From assembly GCA_951406725.2 (NCBI GenBank), contig OX597827.1, positions 26,164,001 to 26,228,000 of the forward strand: a stretch of DNA of 64,000 nt, in the 5' to 3' direction. The notes beneath the pieces are model-generated. The model made no database searches. It was not told where the DNA came from and saw only the letters and a list, made by a program, of their open reading frames with translations. Positions 12,717-26,546 of the stretch are shown in pieces (within the stretch, counting starts at the first letter, position 1; each line of letters opens with the position of its first letter). The DNA is from Octopus vulgaris (taxonomy: Eukaryota). Made by a program: the position numbers and the translations under genes.

Positions 12717-13715
12717 ATGCGTTTGTGTGTTCGTGGTTGTGCCTGTCCCCCACAACCCTTTTGACAACGTTGTTTCTATTCCCGTAACTGCGAGTATGTA
12801 AAAACTCTCTTTTTCTGAATTATATAAGGAATCCATACAACGAACTTGATAGCTTCTCATTCAGAAAGACATCGTCCTCACTGGAATTTAAATAACAATA
12901 AAACTATAGTTACATCATTCATTTCAGAAAACTCTTCCATATCCCAACTGTTCCGCATACAAATTGAATTTACTGAAGACCAGAACCTCGCATAAAACCT
13001 CAGGTATTTCTTGTTTTCTTCAGATTTTATTTAATACTTCAATTAGCAGAATAACGAAACGTGGCAATGTTTATGAATCTAAATATAAATTCATAATCTG
13101 AGGAGAAATGTTGTACGATTCAATGCAGTGGACCATTAATGTTCTCTTTCTAACAAATTTTAAATGAAATATTCATGTCGTTGTAATTCAATGTTGCCAC
13201 TTGTTTATGCAAAGCTGTAGCATTGACGAATAGAAGCGGCTCAGTTAATATATTCCTATTTCGATGTCTATTAGTGAAGTTGTGAAAACACTGTTGAATT
13301 ATTAATTCAGTATTTTACTTGGTCCTGTGTGTGTTTTAAGGTGAGTGAACTGTATCATTTGAACGGTCGCTAATATGTAATGCACTGAAGCAGTTTCATT
13401 CGTAAATTCGGATAGAAAATAAATCGAAAAGAGAAAAACACATGAAGATTACTATTTGTGTTACGAAAAACCTGGTTTATTATAATACTCTCTTATTTTA
13501 TTGAAAACGTTTTATGTTACGTCGTTTCTCTGATATCATTAATATATTTTTCGCTTTCTCTCTTTGTTATAATGCTTTTTGTTTAAGTTTTTTCTTAATT
13601 TCAGTTGTTTCAGAAAGCATACGTTTGTACACATTCCATTCACCATCATTGCGTATTGTCACAAGAAAGACTATGCTTCATGTGCGAAACCAAGGGTAAC
13701 CTTGTGTCAAACTTA

Positions 13716-13782
<67 letters not shown>

Positions 13783-13881
13783 TATAATATAGGATAGAGT
13801 TTTTCGAAAAAAATTCTATCAATGGCTAGCATATTAAAAAATACGTTTAAAGGTTAAATTTATAAACAATTTATAAGTAAG

Positions 13882-14059
13882 GGCAAAAGAAAAAAATTCT
13901 AATGCCAAAATATGCCGAAAATGGACACTACGTCAATAACCATGTAATATATCACTACAAGCACGTATACATAAACACGTGCTTGTAGTGATATATTACA
14001 TGGCTATTGACGTAGTGTCCATTTTCGGCATATTTTAGCATTAGAAATTTTTTATTTTG

Positions 14060-14061
<2 letters not shown>
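13882..14061. repeat. Long near-perfect hairpin (~85-bp arms, 10-nt loop) in a (TA)n-flanked element (about 13790-14063)
   Basis: GGCAAAA..ATGCCGAAAATGGACACTACGTCAATA..CACTACAAGCACGT / ACGTGCTTGTAGTG..TATTGACGTAGTGTCCATTTTCGGCAT..TTTTGCC. Confidence 0.92.
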
Positions 14062-14126
<65 letters not shown>

Positions 14127-14297
14127 TTCATCTTAAGGGCATTAATACACATAAATACCTCACGCTAAGAGGGACTCTTAAAGTCAAAACTATCATAATA
14201 AATACAGTGTACTGAACTCATTAAACGAGCTACTAAAAACAGTTGCAGCCGCATATCATACGATTTCATAATTAGTGCACAAAATGCATTTTTTAAA

Positions 14298-14705
14298 CGT
14301 CAGTGCAATCATGATCAAGATACATGAAAATGAACAAAAATCAACATACCAGACGAACACCAAATGTATCCAACATACCACATTAGAGCTGTTCATTTGT
14401 ATATATCTATGTAAGAGGCGGGCTTTTCGAATGGCATATGCGTACACGTGTATATTCAGAATAATTCACCACTGAATATATTCTGGATAAATTTAATATT
14501 TAAAAGTAGGATAAAATCTTTACAAGAATTTATCAAGTAGTTAGCGTGAAAAACGTGCAATTCAAAAAGCCCACCTCTTATACAGATATATACGAGTGAA
14601 CAACTCTAATGTGTTATGTTAGATACATTTGGTATTTGTCTGGTATGTTGACTTTTGTTCATTTTTATGTGTCTTGATTATGTCTTGAATATGTCTGCAC
14701 TGACG
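14298..14705. repeat. Inverted repeat, ~130-140-bp arms (14298-14436 / 14556-14705)
   Basis: Manual alignment gives about 87% arm identity. Part of an element beginning after (TA)n at about 14122. Confidence 0.88.
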
Positions 14706-14706
14706 A

Positions 14707-15625
14707 GCCCTCAAAATCTATCAGCTCAATCCCCTGGAACATGGGGGTATCTGAGTTTCTTATCAGGCCTGTAGTGCATGAAGACATTCGGTATGCCCCA
14801 TTCAAGATGGGAAAGGGCCAATATTTCTCCCAAACCATCGAGGACAAGACGACAGACCGCACTACAAAGCTTTTGAACAAACTCAAGCATCCCCTCCAAC
14901 CGAACATGCTTTGGTTTTTCTCAGACGAGAAAAGATTCTGCCAAAATCAGATGGTGAGCAACCATTGGTTTGCCGTGTCCTAAACATGTATCGAGAGTGA
15001 TAAAAATCAAACAACCAGTAAATATCATACATCATGTTGTTTAGTGTAAGAAGGCTACGTTATGCCTCCATTCAACTTCCTAGATAGCCTCAGATTCAAC
15101 ACAGTGGTCTACATCAAATGCCTGGATGTGGTAGTACTACCCCAGATCATGAGGATGGCTGGTGGAAGACTCTATGTTTTTCAACACAACTGTGAACCAT
15201 GCCACACAGGCAGGAGTACCCAGTCATGGCTTTTAGACAATTTCTGCAACCACATTACCCCTAACATCTTGTTAGGGGTAACTCCTCAGTTACCTAACTC
15301 TCCAGACTGCAACCCCCTTGATTATTAAGTGTGGAATGCAGTTGAGCGAGTGATCAACAAAACTCCTTGTAACACCAAAGATTAACTGATGGCAAGGATT
15401 ATACAGCATTCACCAACTATACCAGGAGACTGTCCAGAAGAGTTGCACTAGATTTCAAAGTCATCTGGAAGCCGTGATTGAAGATAATGGCATTTTCATT
15501 GAATAGATTCACTCGTTAGTATTTCAAGATATTTTTATGTAATTTTGGTAAATATATCTGTAAAAATGAGATGTCAGTGTAATTTTCATTTTTACGTAAT
15601 TTAAACGACAATTTATTCACTACAC
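14707..15625 (+). pseudogene. Degenerate Tc1/mariner-superfamily (maT/DD37D-like) transposase
   Basis: ORF 14741..14983 has WFFSDEKRF. ORF 15062..15328 has YVFQHNCEPCHT..PNSPDCNPLDY, continuing past a stop as VWNAVE. Confidence 0.8.
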
Positions 15626-15631
15626 ACACAC

Positions 15632-15694
<63 letters not shown>

Positions 15695-15697
<3 letters not shown>

Positions 15698-15946
15698 TGC
15701 AGCGTGGATGGTGTTTATAAGTCATTTAAAAGACACACAAAAACCATTTAATTTGCCAAAATATGTTCGTCGCTTTGAGACCGCAACCTGTTCTCTGATA
15801 AAATTCCGTGCAGCACGGAATTTTGAAGTGAATCTAACGGTTTTCTGTGTTTCTTAAATGGTTTATAAACACCTTCCACGCTGTAATTACTTTCGTTCCA
15901 GCACATGATCTCAGATCAGGTCATTTTGTTATGCAAGGACATATCC

Positions 15947-15948
<2 letters not shown>
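15695..15948. mobile_element. Fold-back element in (TA)n (arms 15695-15745 / 15839-15888)
   Basis: AATTGCAGCGTGGATGGTGTTTATAA.. / ..TTATAAACACCTTCCACGCTGTAATT, plus inner hairpin AAAATTCCGTGC-A-GCACGGAATTTT. Confidence 0.72.
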
Positions 15949-15981
<33 letters not shown>

Positions 15982-16981
15982 ATGTTGCAGTCAAACCAGT
16001 AGGTTATGAGCTTTATTTCGCAACCACATGCTTCTGTTTAGGATCCCTTTGCACGGCACTCGAATCTAGTGTTTTCCATTGTAGCCCCTGGATAAATGAT
16101 AGCCTGCAAAGTTTAGAAGCCTCATATGCGATGGTGTATTCTTGTCGGTGTTTAACGTAAATTTCCTCCCTTTACGTCAAAAGTGGTAGCTTAGCTTCTG
16201 GATAAATAGAGGCTGTTGTAATTAAGAAAGAGGCTAACACTCGAAGTGTGGGTATGTGATGTGTAAAACCTTTGAATACGGTGATATAGCATGGCGCAGT
16301 CTTAGTGACCGAAACAAGTAAAATATCACGTATATATATTCAGAGATTCTTCAGCTACAATATGGCGGCATGGCTTAATGTTTACTAGGATGGCAATTAC
16401 TTTATGGCAATTAGTTTAATGATGTTCGAAGCAATTTATCAACGGAATGTCTAAATACTGTAAGCTTTCAAAGTTATACTAAACCATTGCATTTAACGTG
16501 TTCCAAGTTTTCCGCTTGAAGTGATTTATGTCCGGAATCGCTGGGGTAATTACAACAAATATATCATATATTTGTGTATGTGTGTGCATGTGAGAGTTTG
16601 CCTGCGTGCGTGTGTGTGTGTGTGTTTGTGTGTGTATGTGTGTGCGTATGTATTTATAATTCTGTTATAGAAAGTTATTAACTTTAAGATTAAAGATTTT
16701 ACTTTTGTAAATTTTTGGCTCTATCAGAAAAGATTTAAACAAAAACGTTTGGGTAAGACCAATTTTATTCTATTCATATTGCGTTGTTTATCATTAGTGG
16801 CTAACATATATTGTATTGTGTCTTTAAAACAACTCTTTGACGAACCGTTATCAAAATTTTTTGTAATGTATGGCACCGGCGCTTATGAGGTTGCCATGTA
16901 TCAAGCAAGAGCATAAGATTCCGAGTTTGCTTCCAAGCAGAGACCTGGATAATAATAATAATAATAATGATAATAATAATG

Positions 16982-17033
<52 letters not shown>

Positions 17034-17045
17034 TGAAAATAATAA

Positions 17046-17135
<90 letters not shown>

Positions 17136-17149
17136 TAATAATAATGATG

Positions 17150-17209
<60 letters not shown>

Positions 17210-17214
17210 TTAAT

Positions 17215-17800
17215 AATAAGTACTAGACTAAGCTAAATGCAAAAGAAATACACAAAGAAAAATCCCAGCAATTGATGAGAAGCTCAGGACTCAAAGCAGA
17301 GACGGAGAGATTTTTAATTGCAGCACAAGACCAAAGCCTCCCCACCAGAAATTACCAAAAACTTATAATGAAAAGAAACATAACAGGTAACTGCAGAATA
17401 TGCGGAGATCGACAAGAAACAATAAATCATATTATTTCTGGAAGCCTAGTCCTGGCTAAAAAGGAATATATTCACAGACACGACAGAGTTGGGACCTACA
17501 TACACTGGAAGCTATGCCAACATTATGGAATAACAACAGAAAAAAATGGTATAAGCACACACCAGGAAAGGTCACAGAAAACGAGAAAGCAACCATACTC
17601 TGGGATATGCCAATACACACAGATAGAGAAATGAAGGCCAACAGATCAGATATAGTTGTCATAGATGAAGAAAAAATGCTTTCTTTCTAATTGATGTATC
17701 AATACCAGCAGATGACAACGTGTCTCTAAAAAAAATGGAGAAACTTTCAAAGTACAAAGACCTGGAAATAGAGGTAACTCGAATGTGGAATCTAAAAACA
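17215..17800 (+). mobile_element. Dong/R4-clade LINE family B fragment (CCHC + RLE region)
   Basis: ORF 17272..17634 reads GLKAETERFLIAAQDQ..CRICGDRQETINHIISG..RHD. The DNA matches the reverse complement of 54800-54930. It directly follows a long (AAT)n tract. Confidence 0.88.
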
Positions 17801-17859
17801 ATAACAACAACATCGAAAAATACCTTAGGAATGAGAACACAGGTTTGAAATTTCCCCAA

Positions 17860-17905
17860 GACACCCGATGAAGGCTGGAGGGTGTATTAGCCGAAACGTT
17901 GTGTT
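17860..17905 (+). ncRNA. Hammerhead motif, core mutated (CCGAUGA)
   Basis: GACAC-CCGAUGA-A-GGCUG..UAGCC-GAAAC-GUU-GUGUU. Homolog of 58355-58400. Confidence 0.6.
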
Positions 17906-20384
17906 AACAACAAACAAGATGAGGACGAATGTAAATAATGTAAATAAAGAGAATGATGAGTTGATGTATGAATGTAAGTCGGCAGGTAGGAACTTTCACA
18001 GGAGCTACATGGCTAATGGTTCTAAGGGAGTGAGATTGATCAGTAGGAGCAGCAGAGAGAGAAAAGAAATGGAGATGAGTTGTACTGTTGGCTCCTTAAG
18101 CACGCGGTGATTAAAAACTGATGGGTGATGGGTTTGCCAGATTTATGTGGTGCATAAGGTGGGAGTGGGCTGACAAGCTACATCTGTAAAAATTGGATAA
18201 TGTTGAACAGGGGTGGATGACCAACGAGTTATGTGTTGGAGAAAATAGCGGGATCCAAAAGACAGCCGGGGAGGTGAGCGGGAGGATAGCAAGAAGATCC
18301 AGTTGACGAGGGTGGTGGGTGCAAGAGAGAGGCACAGTTGACATAATTCGATGACCAAACAACATTAGATGCTGTTTAAATCGCAACTACACAACGCTTA
18401 GTCATAGGATGGCTGCTCACTGTTTGCCTCAACCGGACATGTGGTGATTTGCTCTGCTATTGCCGAAGATTTAATCCATGGTACTCTAGAAACTAAGATC
18501 TGCTTCTAGCGGCTGCTGAGAAAAACTCAACTTCCATCTTCCTCTCACTTTCAGTGTCTCTCTTTCTAAAAAAAAATCGCAGATTGAAACTTAGCAAGTT
18601 TGCGATTAAGCTGCGTTTACTGTATGTAGATTTTAGATAATCCAGATGTAAATATTGTATACCTAATTCCTTTAATAAATTATATGGGTATAGATAAATC
18701 AGGGCATTATTCAACCTGGACCCTTTTCTTTTATTTTCTAAAAAGTAAAATTCTAAACCTAGCCAAATATACTCGTTTGTCTCGTCTATATATGTTATCC
18801 ATCTTGTCCATTTGTATATTTTGATATTAGCAAATATGGTTATAGTTGTGGTTGTTAGCATAGCACTAGGTCAGAGCAGACCCCCACGATTTATAATCCA
18901 AATGGTTCCAATCACCTGCATCCGATCGTTTTTTCATGCCTTGTGTTTTACGGACAATCGAATTACGGACTATCGAATTATTGTTTTAAGACATTGGGGT
19001 GAAATGTGTAGAAAGTTTAGTTGCTATTTCTTGGCTGTAAGGGCCCCTGGCCAAGTGATTAGAACGTTGCACTCACGATAGCGAGATCAAGGTTTCAATT
19101 CCTGAACTGGGCGGCACGTTGTGTTCTTCAGTAAAACCATTCTCGTATTGCTCTGCGATGACATCGACACCAGAAGTGTGGTACACAATGCACCTGCTTC
19201 GGCAACATCGATGTAATAGAGGGAGAACTAATGTGCAGCACATGCATTTGATCACGAATAAACAAATCATTTGTGCAGGTTCTCCAGACATTAATCGCAG
19301 AACAGTATTTCTCGGGCCACGAGAGACTACTGTTAATTTCTTGTCTGTTGAGGAATCGTATAGAGGATGTCTCGTTGATTACAAATAAAGGTATGATTTA
19401 GTGGAGAACTAGGAATACAATTACAAGTATACGAAACTATTTGGATTTGAAACGTAAACCATAAAAACGAGAAGTTTCATTATTTTCCCCGGAGTCTATC
19501 GTTATTCTAATGCTGTCAATTTTCCAAGTCATCTACCCATATGTGATATGAAAAAGTTGGTTGCAGTTTGAGAATCCGCAGGTTTAAGCAGCTGTGCGTT
19601 ACGATCACTCTAAAAGAAAAGAATCTTACGAGAGATTTTGGGATTTCTCGAAATCGAACTGTAATACAGCAACCAGAAGGATGACTCCAAAATGTAATAC
19701 TAGTTTTGGCGTGTTGTTAATGCAACACGGATATCTCCAATAAAAATTTCGTAACACCAAACACCAATTAATTATTTACCGTGTGGATTGAGAAACAGAA
19801 TCGATGATCATTTATATTCAAGGGAATAGTTCCTTTATGATAGAATATACAAGATTCGTGTGATACATGTTAAGTAGGATTTACAAAGGAATGGTGTAAA
19901 CGTTAAACTAAATCGTATCTGATAGTGTTCAGTTAAAATTAATGATTCTTTTCGATCAGAATTAAAAATGATTTAGAAATGTTTGGATTTACATTCTTCG
20001 AGGCAGTTTCGAGTCAATGGAATTCGGTTGGGGATGTAGGGCTTATTATTAAGTGTTTTAACAGAACTTTGCACTATAGAACGTAAACTGAAGGAGATTT
20101 TACTAACGTTTTCTAGTAAAATGAGCTGTCCCCGCAAGGGGATCTTATCCTGTTTCTATTTTCTTCTGTTACGTCTGCCTCATACAGTCTGGCGGTTGCC
20201 ATGTATTAACACACTGATATTTTGACATTTGCTTCTGTCCTTTTTATACCGATAAATCACAGTATCACAGATATTGCTTTCTTTATGAAGAGTGAGTAAT
20301 ACTGTGAGACTTAGTTTAAAATCGAGTTTATTCTTAAGCCACAATGAACAAGATTTTGTTGTCTTTTTGTTCTCATTATTATTA

Positions 20385-20463
<79 letters not shown>

Positions 20464-21422
20464 CATTGTTGTTGTTGTTGCTGCTGCTGCTGTTGTTGTT
20501 GCTGTTGTTGTTGTTGTCGTTGCTGTTGTTGCTGTTCTTCTTTGTCTTGTTCATTAACACGCCGAACAAAATGCTTAGCGGTATTTCGTCAGATTTTATG
20601 TTCTGAGTTCAAATTACAGCGAACTGGACTTTCATTATTACCATTTTCCGGGTAGATAAAACAAGTAGCTGTTGAACACTGGGGTGCATGTAATCAACTT
20701 AAATCTCCCCTCAAAATTGCTGACTTTGGGCCAAAATCCGAGACACTTATTATTATTACGCTTGTTGTTCATCGTTCGTTCCTGCTGGTGTAATACCGAT
20801 GCTAGCTGACCACAACCAGCACACAGATGGAGCACCTTCAATTGTCAAGCATTTTCTTAATTAATCTAACAGTTCCCCAACTTCATGTTTCCTCCCGATC
20901 TTTTAAAAAATAGTTTTCAATTCTGCTGCTCCCAGTGCCAAGTGCCATGACAACAACTGGGACCATCGCAACGTTTTCATCGCCCGCAAAAGTTTTATCT
21001 CCCATGCTAGTAGTTCATATCTCCCAAACATCTTCATTTTTTTCCCCCGCCAAAACTTATTGTCAGCTGGAGCAACCGCATTAAATACTGTTCGATGACT
21101 TCATTAATCATCATAATCTCTGTTGTGCGATGTTCAATTCCATTGTCACATTCTACCATAAAGTCACATAAATTATTGGCATGTTATATTCTTTGTGCTC
21201 ATGCCACTAGTTTGCTCTTTAAAAACTTTATTTTCAACATAACTTCCAATGAACAATTTTCGCTCCATTATCGCCACGTTGCTTGTATTCATTCTCTGTC
21301 AGTATGAAAGGAAACTTAATCTATTAAATAAAAATGGCTTCTATAATAAAAAGCATAGTAAAGCTAAATACAGCAAATAGGAAAACTAGTAAATGATAGG
21401 CAATATTATTATATTACCTCTG

Positions 21423-21692
21423 AGGCGGTGAGCTGGAAGAATCGTTAGCATGCCAGGCAAAGTTACTTAGAGCTATTTCGCCCGTCTTCACGTTCTGAGT
21501 TCAAATTCTGCCAGTTGAAATTCGACATTGCCTTTCGTCCATTCGGAGTTGATGAATTAAGTGCCGGTTGAACACTGGCATCATGTTATCGATCTAACTC
21601 CTCTCCCGTAATTGCTGGCCTTGTGCCACAATGTGATGCCATTCTTCTTCCTCCTCCTCCTCCTCCTCCTCCTTCTTCTTCTTCTTCTTCTT

Positions 21693-21757
<65 letters not shown>

Positions 21758-21759
21758 CA

Positions 21760-21826
<67 letters not shown>

Positions 21827-22062
21827 CATTATTATTATTATTATTGATAAGGCGGCGAACTGGCGGAAACGTTAGCACGCTGGGCGAAATGCTTAGCGGG
21901 ATTCCGCCCGTCGCTACGTTCTGTGTTTAAATTCCGCCGAGGTCAACCTTGCCTTTCATCCTTTCGGGGTCGATAAATTTAAGTAGCAGTGAAGCAATGG
22001 GGTCGATGTAATCGACTTTTCCCTTCCTACTAAATTTCTGGCATTTTGCCTATAGTAGAAAG
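21423..22062 (+). mobile_element. Two SINE family N copies (21423-21632, 21851-22062); further copies near 20556, 25035, 26781, 40865, 51960
   Basis: GGCGGYGARCTGG head plus family core. Confidence 0.8.
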
Positions 22063-22087
22063 GATTATTATTATTATTATTATTATT

Positions 22088-24910
22088 CTATGTTTGATTT
22101 TTGCTTTATATTTGTACAAGTTGGCTCCATGTCTCACCCAGAGACCTCAAGAGACAACAGGTTGGAAGTTCGTGTTGTTGTTATGCCTAGTGTGCCATAT
22201 ATTTGGGGGATTTTTGTGTTGTACTAGTGAATGTCTAAAAAAAAAACAAAAATAAACGAAAATTATGTTTGTGTTAAACCCTGAGATTACATAGAAAGTA
22301 TTTTGCGTAGGATATGAGAAGTTCCCATGAGCAATACCTTTTGAATTTCTGCCAGTTTGGGGTTTCCTGGTATCTGAGTTAGGTAGCAATCAGCCCCTTT
22401 CGCTATCATTCCCAGAGCACCTATGACAACAGGTATTGTTTTAGCTTTCAGGTTCCACATTTTGCTGATATCTATTTCAAGATCTTATATTTGCTCAGTT
22501 TTTGGTAGGTCTTGACAGATACGTTTATATCGATTGGGACAGTCATATCAATGAGGAGGCATGTTCTTTGTCTGAAGTCTTTCAATATGTCTAGCCTATT
22601 TGCATCTATCTTTCTGTCAGTTTGAATGGTAAAGTTCCAGAGGAGCGAGATGTGGTCATTTTCAAGCACTGGGGGTGGATTGTGATCCCACCAGTTTTTT
22701 TTCATGGGACAAATCCAGGTTTTTGCAAATTACCCAGTGAATATATTGTGCAGCTCTATCATGCCTGTTGAGATACTCTGTAGGCGCTAGAAGACTGCAC
22801 TTGGAGACAACATGATCAATGGTTTCATTTTGTTGTTGACATGCACGACATGTTGGGCTACTGCTGTTCATTAATATGTTGGCCTGGTAGTTTCTTGTTG
22901 GTAGGCATTGATCTTGAGCTGCTATGATAAACCCTTCTGTTTCAGATTTTAAGCCAGAGGCCATTAGCCATTGATGGGTCAGGGCTTTGTCAACATCTGC
23001 ATTATTCGCTCTCTTTGGGTATTTGCCATAGAGAGGTTTTTCTTGCCATTTATCATTCAGAATATCTAAGGCCGCAGTTTTAGCACGGGTTTTCATGCGC
23101 TTAGCATTTTCTGTGATTGTTTCTTGTATGTCTAATTCCGAAATTTGTTGTATTCGGAATTCACTTAGATATTCCTTTGCCTGTTTTGTTACTGAGTATG
23201 ATGCTTTCTTGTTTTCATCTTTTGAGACGAGTTTTAACATCCAGCCCCTCAGAGTTTTTCAGGTAGGTGTCTAGGCCAATTGTAGCAATCTTCATTGTCC
23301 ACGGCCTCCCTCTTTTCTTGGCAGATAAAGTCGTTCTATATCTGCCTTAGGGTGGTGCATTCTATGCATTGTCAAGAGTTTTCGTATTTTTCTGTCAAGA
23401 TTACATATTTCAGTAATTGACCAGTTAACGATATTGAAACTGTAAGTCACGATCGCTTCGATCCTGTTTCTCGCATTCAGCTCTATTTTGAGTATTGCTC
23501 TTACTCTGCGATAACATTCTCTCCTGATCCTTTCCTTCATCACTGAATGCTTTACTCCGTCCCTTTCAATTACCCCTAGCTATTTGTAGCTCTCCGCTAG
23601 GTCTAACTCTTTTATGACATTCTGCTGGTCAAGATTAACGTTAGATGTTTCTGTCATTTTTCCTTTGATAAAGGTAGCTTTTGCACATTTATCAAGGCCA
23701 AATTGCATTCTGATGTCATCACTGAATTGTTTAACAATCTCTAGTAAGCCCTTGAGTTGTTGGTCATTTTTTTGCAAAGAGCTTTAAATCATCCATGTAA
23801 ATGAGATGATTTATATATTTATCAACCATTTTATATCCGTACTGCGCGTCATTGAGCAATTTTGACAGAGGTATTAAGGCTAAACAAAAGAGGAGTGGTG
23901 ATAGTGAGTCACCCTGGGAAATGCCACATGTTCAAAGTTAGTGTGGTTCTCCATGGTCTCATACTTACAGACAAAAAGCTTCGCAGAGTAGGTGCTATTT
24001 TATACATTTCCAGGCATTTCTTAATCCAGCTATGTGGTAGGCTATCCAGGCTATTGATAAGTTTTTTGTGTCGTTTGTGACAATCTTCTAAGATCATCTT
24101 ATTGATGAGTAGTTGATCTTTACAACCATAGGATCCACGTTTACATCCTTTTTGTTCATTAGGGAATATGCTGCTGTCTGTTAAAAAGAAACTATAGGTA
24201 TATTCCGTCAGGACAGATGTTAGCGTTTTATACATAGTTGTTAAGCAGGTTATGGGTCTATAGTTTTTTGGTTCATTTGTTTCTTCACTTTTTGGAAGCA
24301 GGAATGTTAACCCATTAACTAGCCAAGGAGGCATCCTACTAGGGTGTTGCAAAACATCATTGTAAAGATCTGTTAGCAGTTCATGGCTCTCTGGGAAGGC
24401 ATTCAACCAGAAGTTAGGAATTTTATCTTTTCCTGGAGAATTCCATTTGCTTGACCTCCTGAGAGCAGATTTTATATCTTATACCTTGACACCCTCCTAC
24501 TTTTGCTCTTCTAAGGAGTCCAGTTCTGTAGATATTCTATCAATCCAGGGGGCCTTTTCGTTGTGTGATTTTTCTTCTGCCCAAATTTTATTACAAAATC
24601 CCTGCACTTCTTCTTTTGATGGTACAGACTTTACAGTAACTGCTGTTTTTCCTATCTTCCTGTAAAAAGTTTTTGGGTTATTTTTGAACATGATATTGTC
24701 TTAGAAAAATCTAACACGCTTTTCATACCGCGCTATACGGACAGCTTTGGCAGATACCTTTTGCTTGATGGTTTCTATGGTGGCATCAATATCAAGTATT
24801 GTTTTCATTTTATATTTTTTCATTAATTTTGGGGATTTTGTAGGTTTGGTAGTCTTGTCAACCTTAAGGTTTTTCAAATATTCAATGTTAGATCTAAATA
24901 GTTTAATTTG

Positions 24911-24912
<2 letters not shown>
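22088..24912 (-). mobile_element. Dong/R4-clade non-LTR retrotransposon, family A copy 2 (longest, multiple frameshifts)
   Basis: Fragmented ORFs 22472..25120 contain PKNYRPITCLTTMYK, EQKGCKRGSYGCKDQL, FGLDKC, CRAC..H..C and RHD. Same 3' UTR as copy 1. Flanked by (TAA)n. Confidence 0.93.
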
Positions 24913-25000
<88 letters not shown>

Positions 25001-26210
25001 GTTGTTGTTGTTGTTGCTGTTGTTTTTGTTTTTAAGGCGGTGATCTGGCAGAATCATTAGCACGCCTAGCAAAAATTTTCTGTATTTCATCTGTCTTCGC
25101 GTTCTTTGTTCAAATTCCACTGAGACTGACTTTGCTCTTCCTCCTTTTATTGCCGATAAAATAAATGACAGATGATCACTGGGGTCGATGTAATCGACTT
25201 ACCTCCTCCCTCAAGATAGTGTCAAATTTTGAAAGCATCATTATTATTGTTTAGTTGATCACGCAAGGGAGACAACACCGAACTTTTATGATGCGTTAAG
25301 TATAATCTCCGCCATTACTTACTGACATTGCTTACTGACATAGTGAAAACTAAGTAGCTATCTGAAAGTATTTTGTAAGAAATCAACGAGATTAATTACC
25401 TATTAATTCTAAAGAGAGTGCTGAGCTTATATTTACGTAATAAAAAACCGTCAGCATGATTATTTCTAATACTTAGATTTTTCACACGAAGAGCAAATGT
25501 CGTATTTAAACAATTTTTTCGAATTACCCTCTTCAACTACGAAGCAAGCCATATTTTCTCGCGTATGCCCCACATTATTTTCTCCTCTGTAGATATAGGC
25601 ACAAATAAAACGATAACCTTTATCTGAATGTAGAATTAATTACATAAACTTTTATTTGAAATAAATGATAGTAATATAGAAGAATTATTAAAGAGACAAT
25701 ATAATTTCCCCAAAGTAATACGAATAATTTTGCTGTGTTTTTGGCATTGTGTTTCGGTCGATGTTTTTACATTTTTACATTGTTTTTTTTTTGTTCTACA
25801 TTTTCGCCTTGTCGTTTCTTTGTTTCTTATCAGAGTTTCTTTATATTTCATTTATAGTTGATCTGTCATTAAGATGTCTATACTATAGCAGCGAATTTAA
25901 TTCTAGTTCTTTCAGAAATTTATAGATATCTTTCGCTGGCTTGCTAGGTTTTTGACACATCTCAATAAGATATATTGGATATTCATTAATAAAGTATATC
26001 ACAAGTTTTAATCTTCTTGCGAGTATCAAGCTGTGTGACTTAATAGAAATGCTGCCACAAACTGAGAATTAATCACAGTAAACAGATGGTAATATCATTC
26101 TGCTTCCTTCTGCTGCTTTGTAATGCCATATTAGTTTTAAAGACAGAACACATTTAAATTGAGATGCCAGTTATAACGTCTTCTCTGTTACAATCTGATA
26201 TCAAGTGATG

Positions 26211-26250
<40 letters not shown>

Positions 26251-26510
26251 GCCTCTCGTAAACTGTTATGAAGTACGTATACACAGTAAATGTATGACCA
26301 CCGACACCACCGTCGCCACCACTGCCGCCGCCACCACCACCACCGTCGTCATCATCATCATCATCATCGTCATCATTACCAACATTGCCATTCCTTCTTC
26401 TCCTCAATTCCTCTTCATCATCATTATCAACATAATTATCATCACCATCATCATCATTTTTACCAACATTGCCACCCTTCTTCTTCTCGACCTCTACCTC
26501 CACTTCACCG

Positions 26511-26546
<36 letters not shown>

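Larger units (their letters stand above)
16905..17946 (+). mobile_element. tRNA-headed hammerhead SINE, copy 2 (degenerate head, interrupted by LINE family B fragment)
   Basis: AAGATTCCGAGTTTGCTTCCAAGCAGAGACCTG resembles the end of the copy 1 head. It is followed by (AAT)n, the LINE fragment, and the shared tail CATCGAAAAATACCTTAGGAATGAGAAC... Confidence 0.7.

Noticed and set aside
17947-18380. Purine-rich block that might be a Penelope or LINE coding remnant
   Set aside because: No recognisable motif in any frame, so it cannot be classified by eye.
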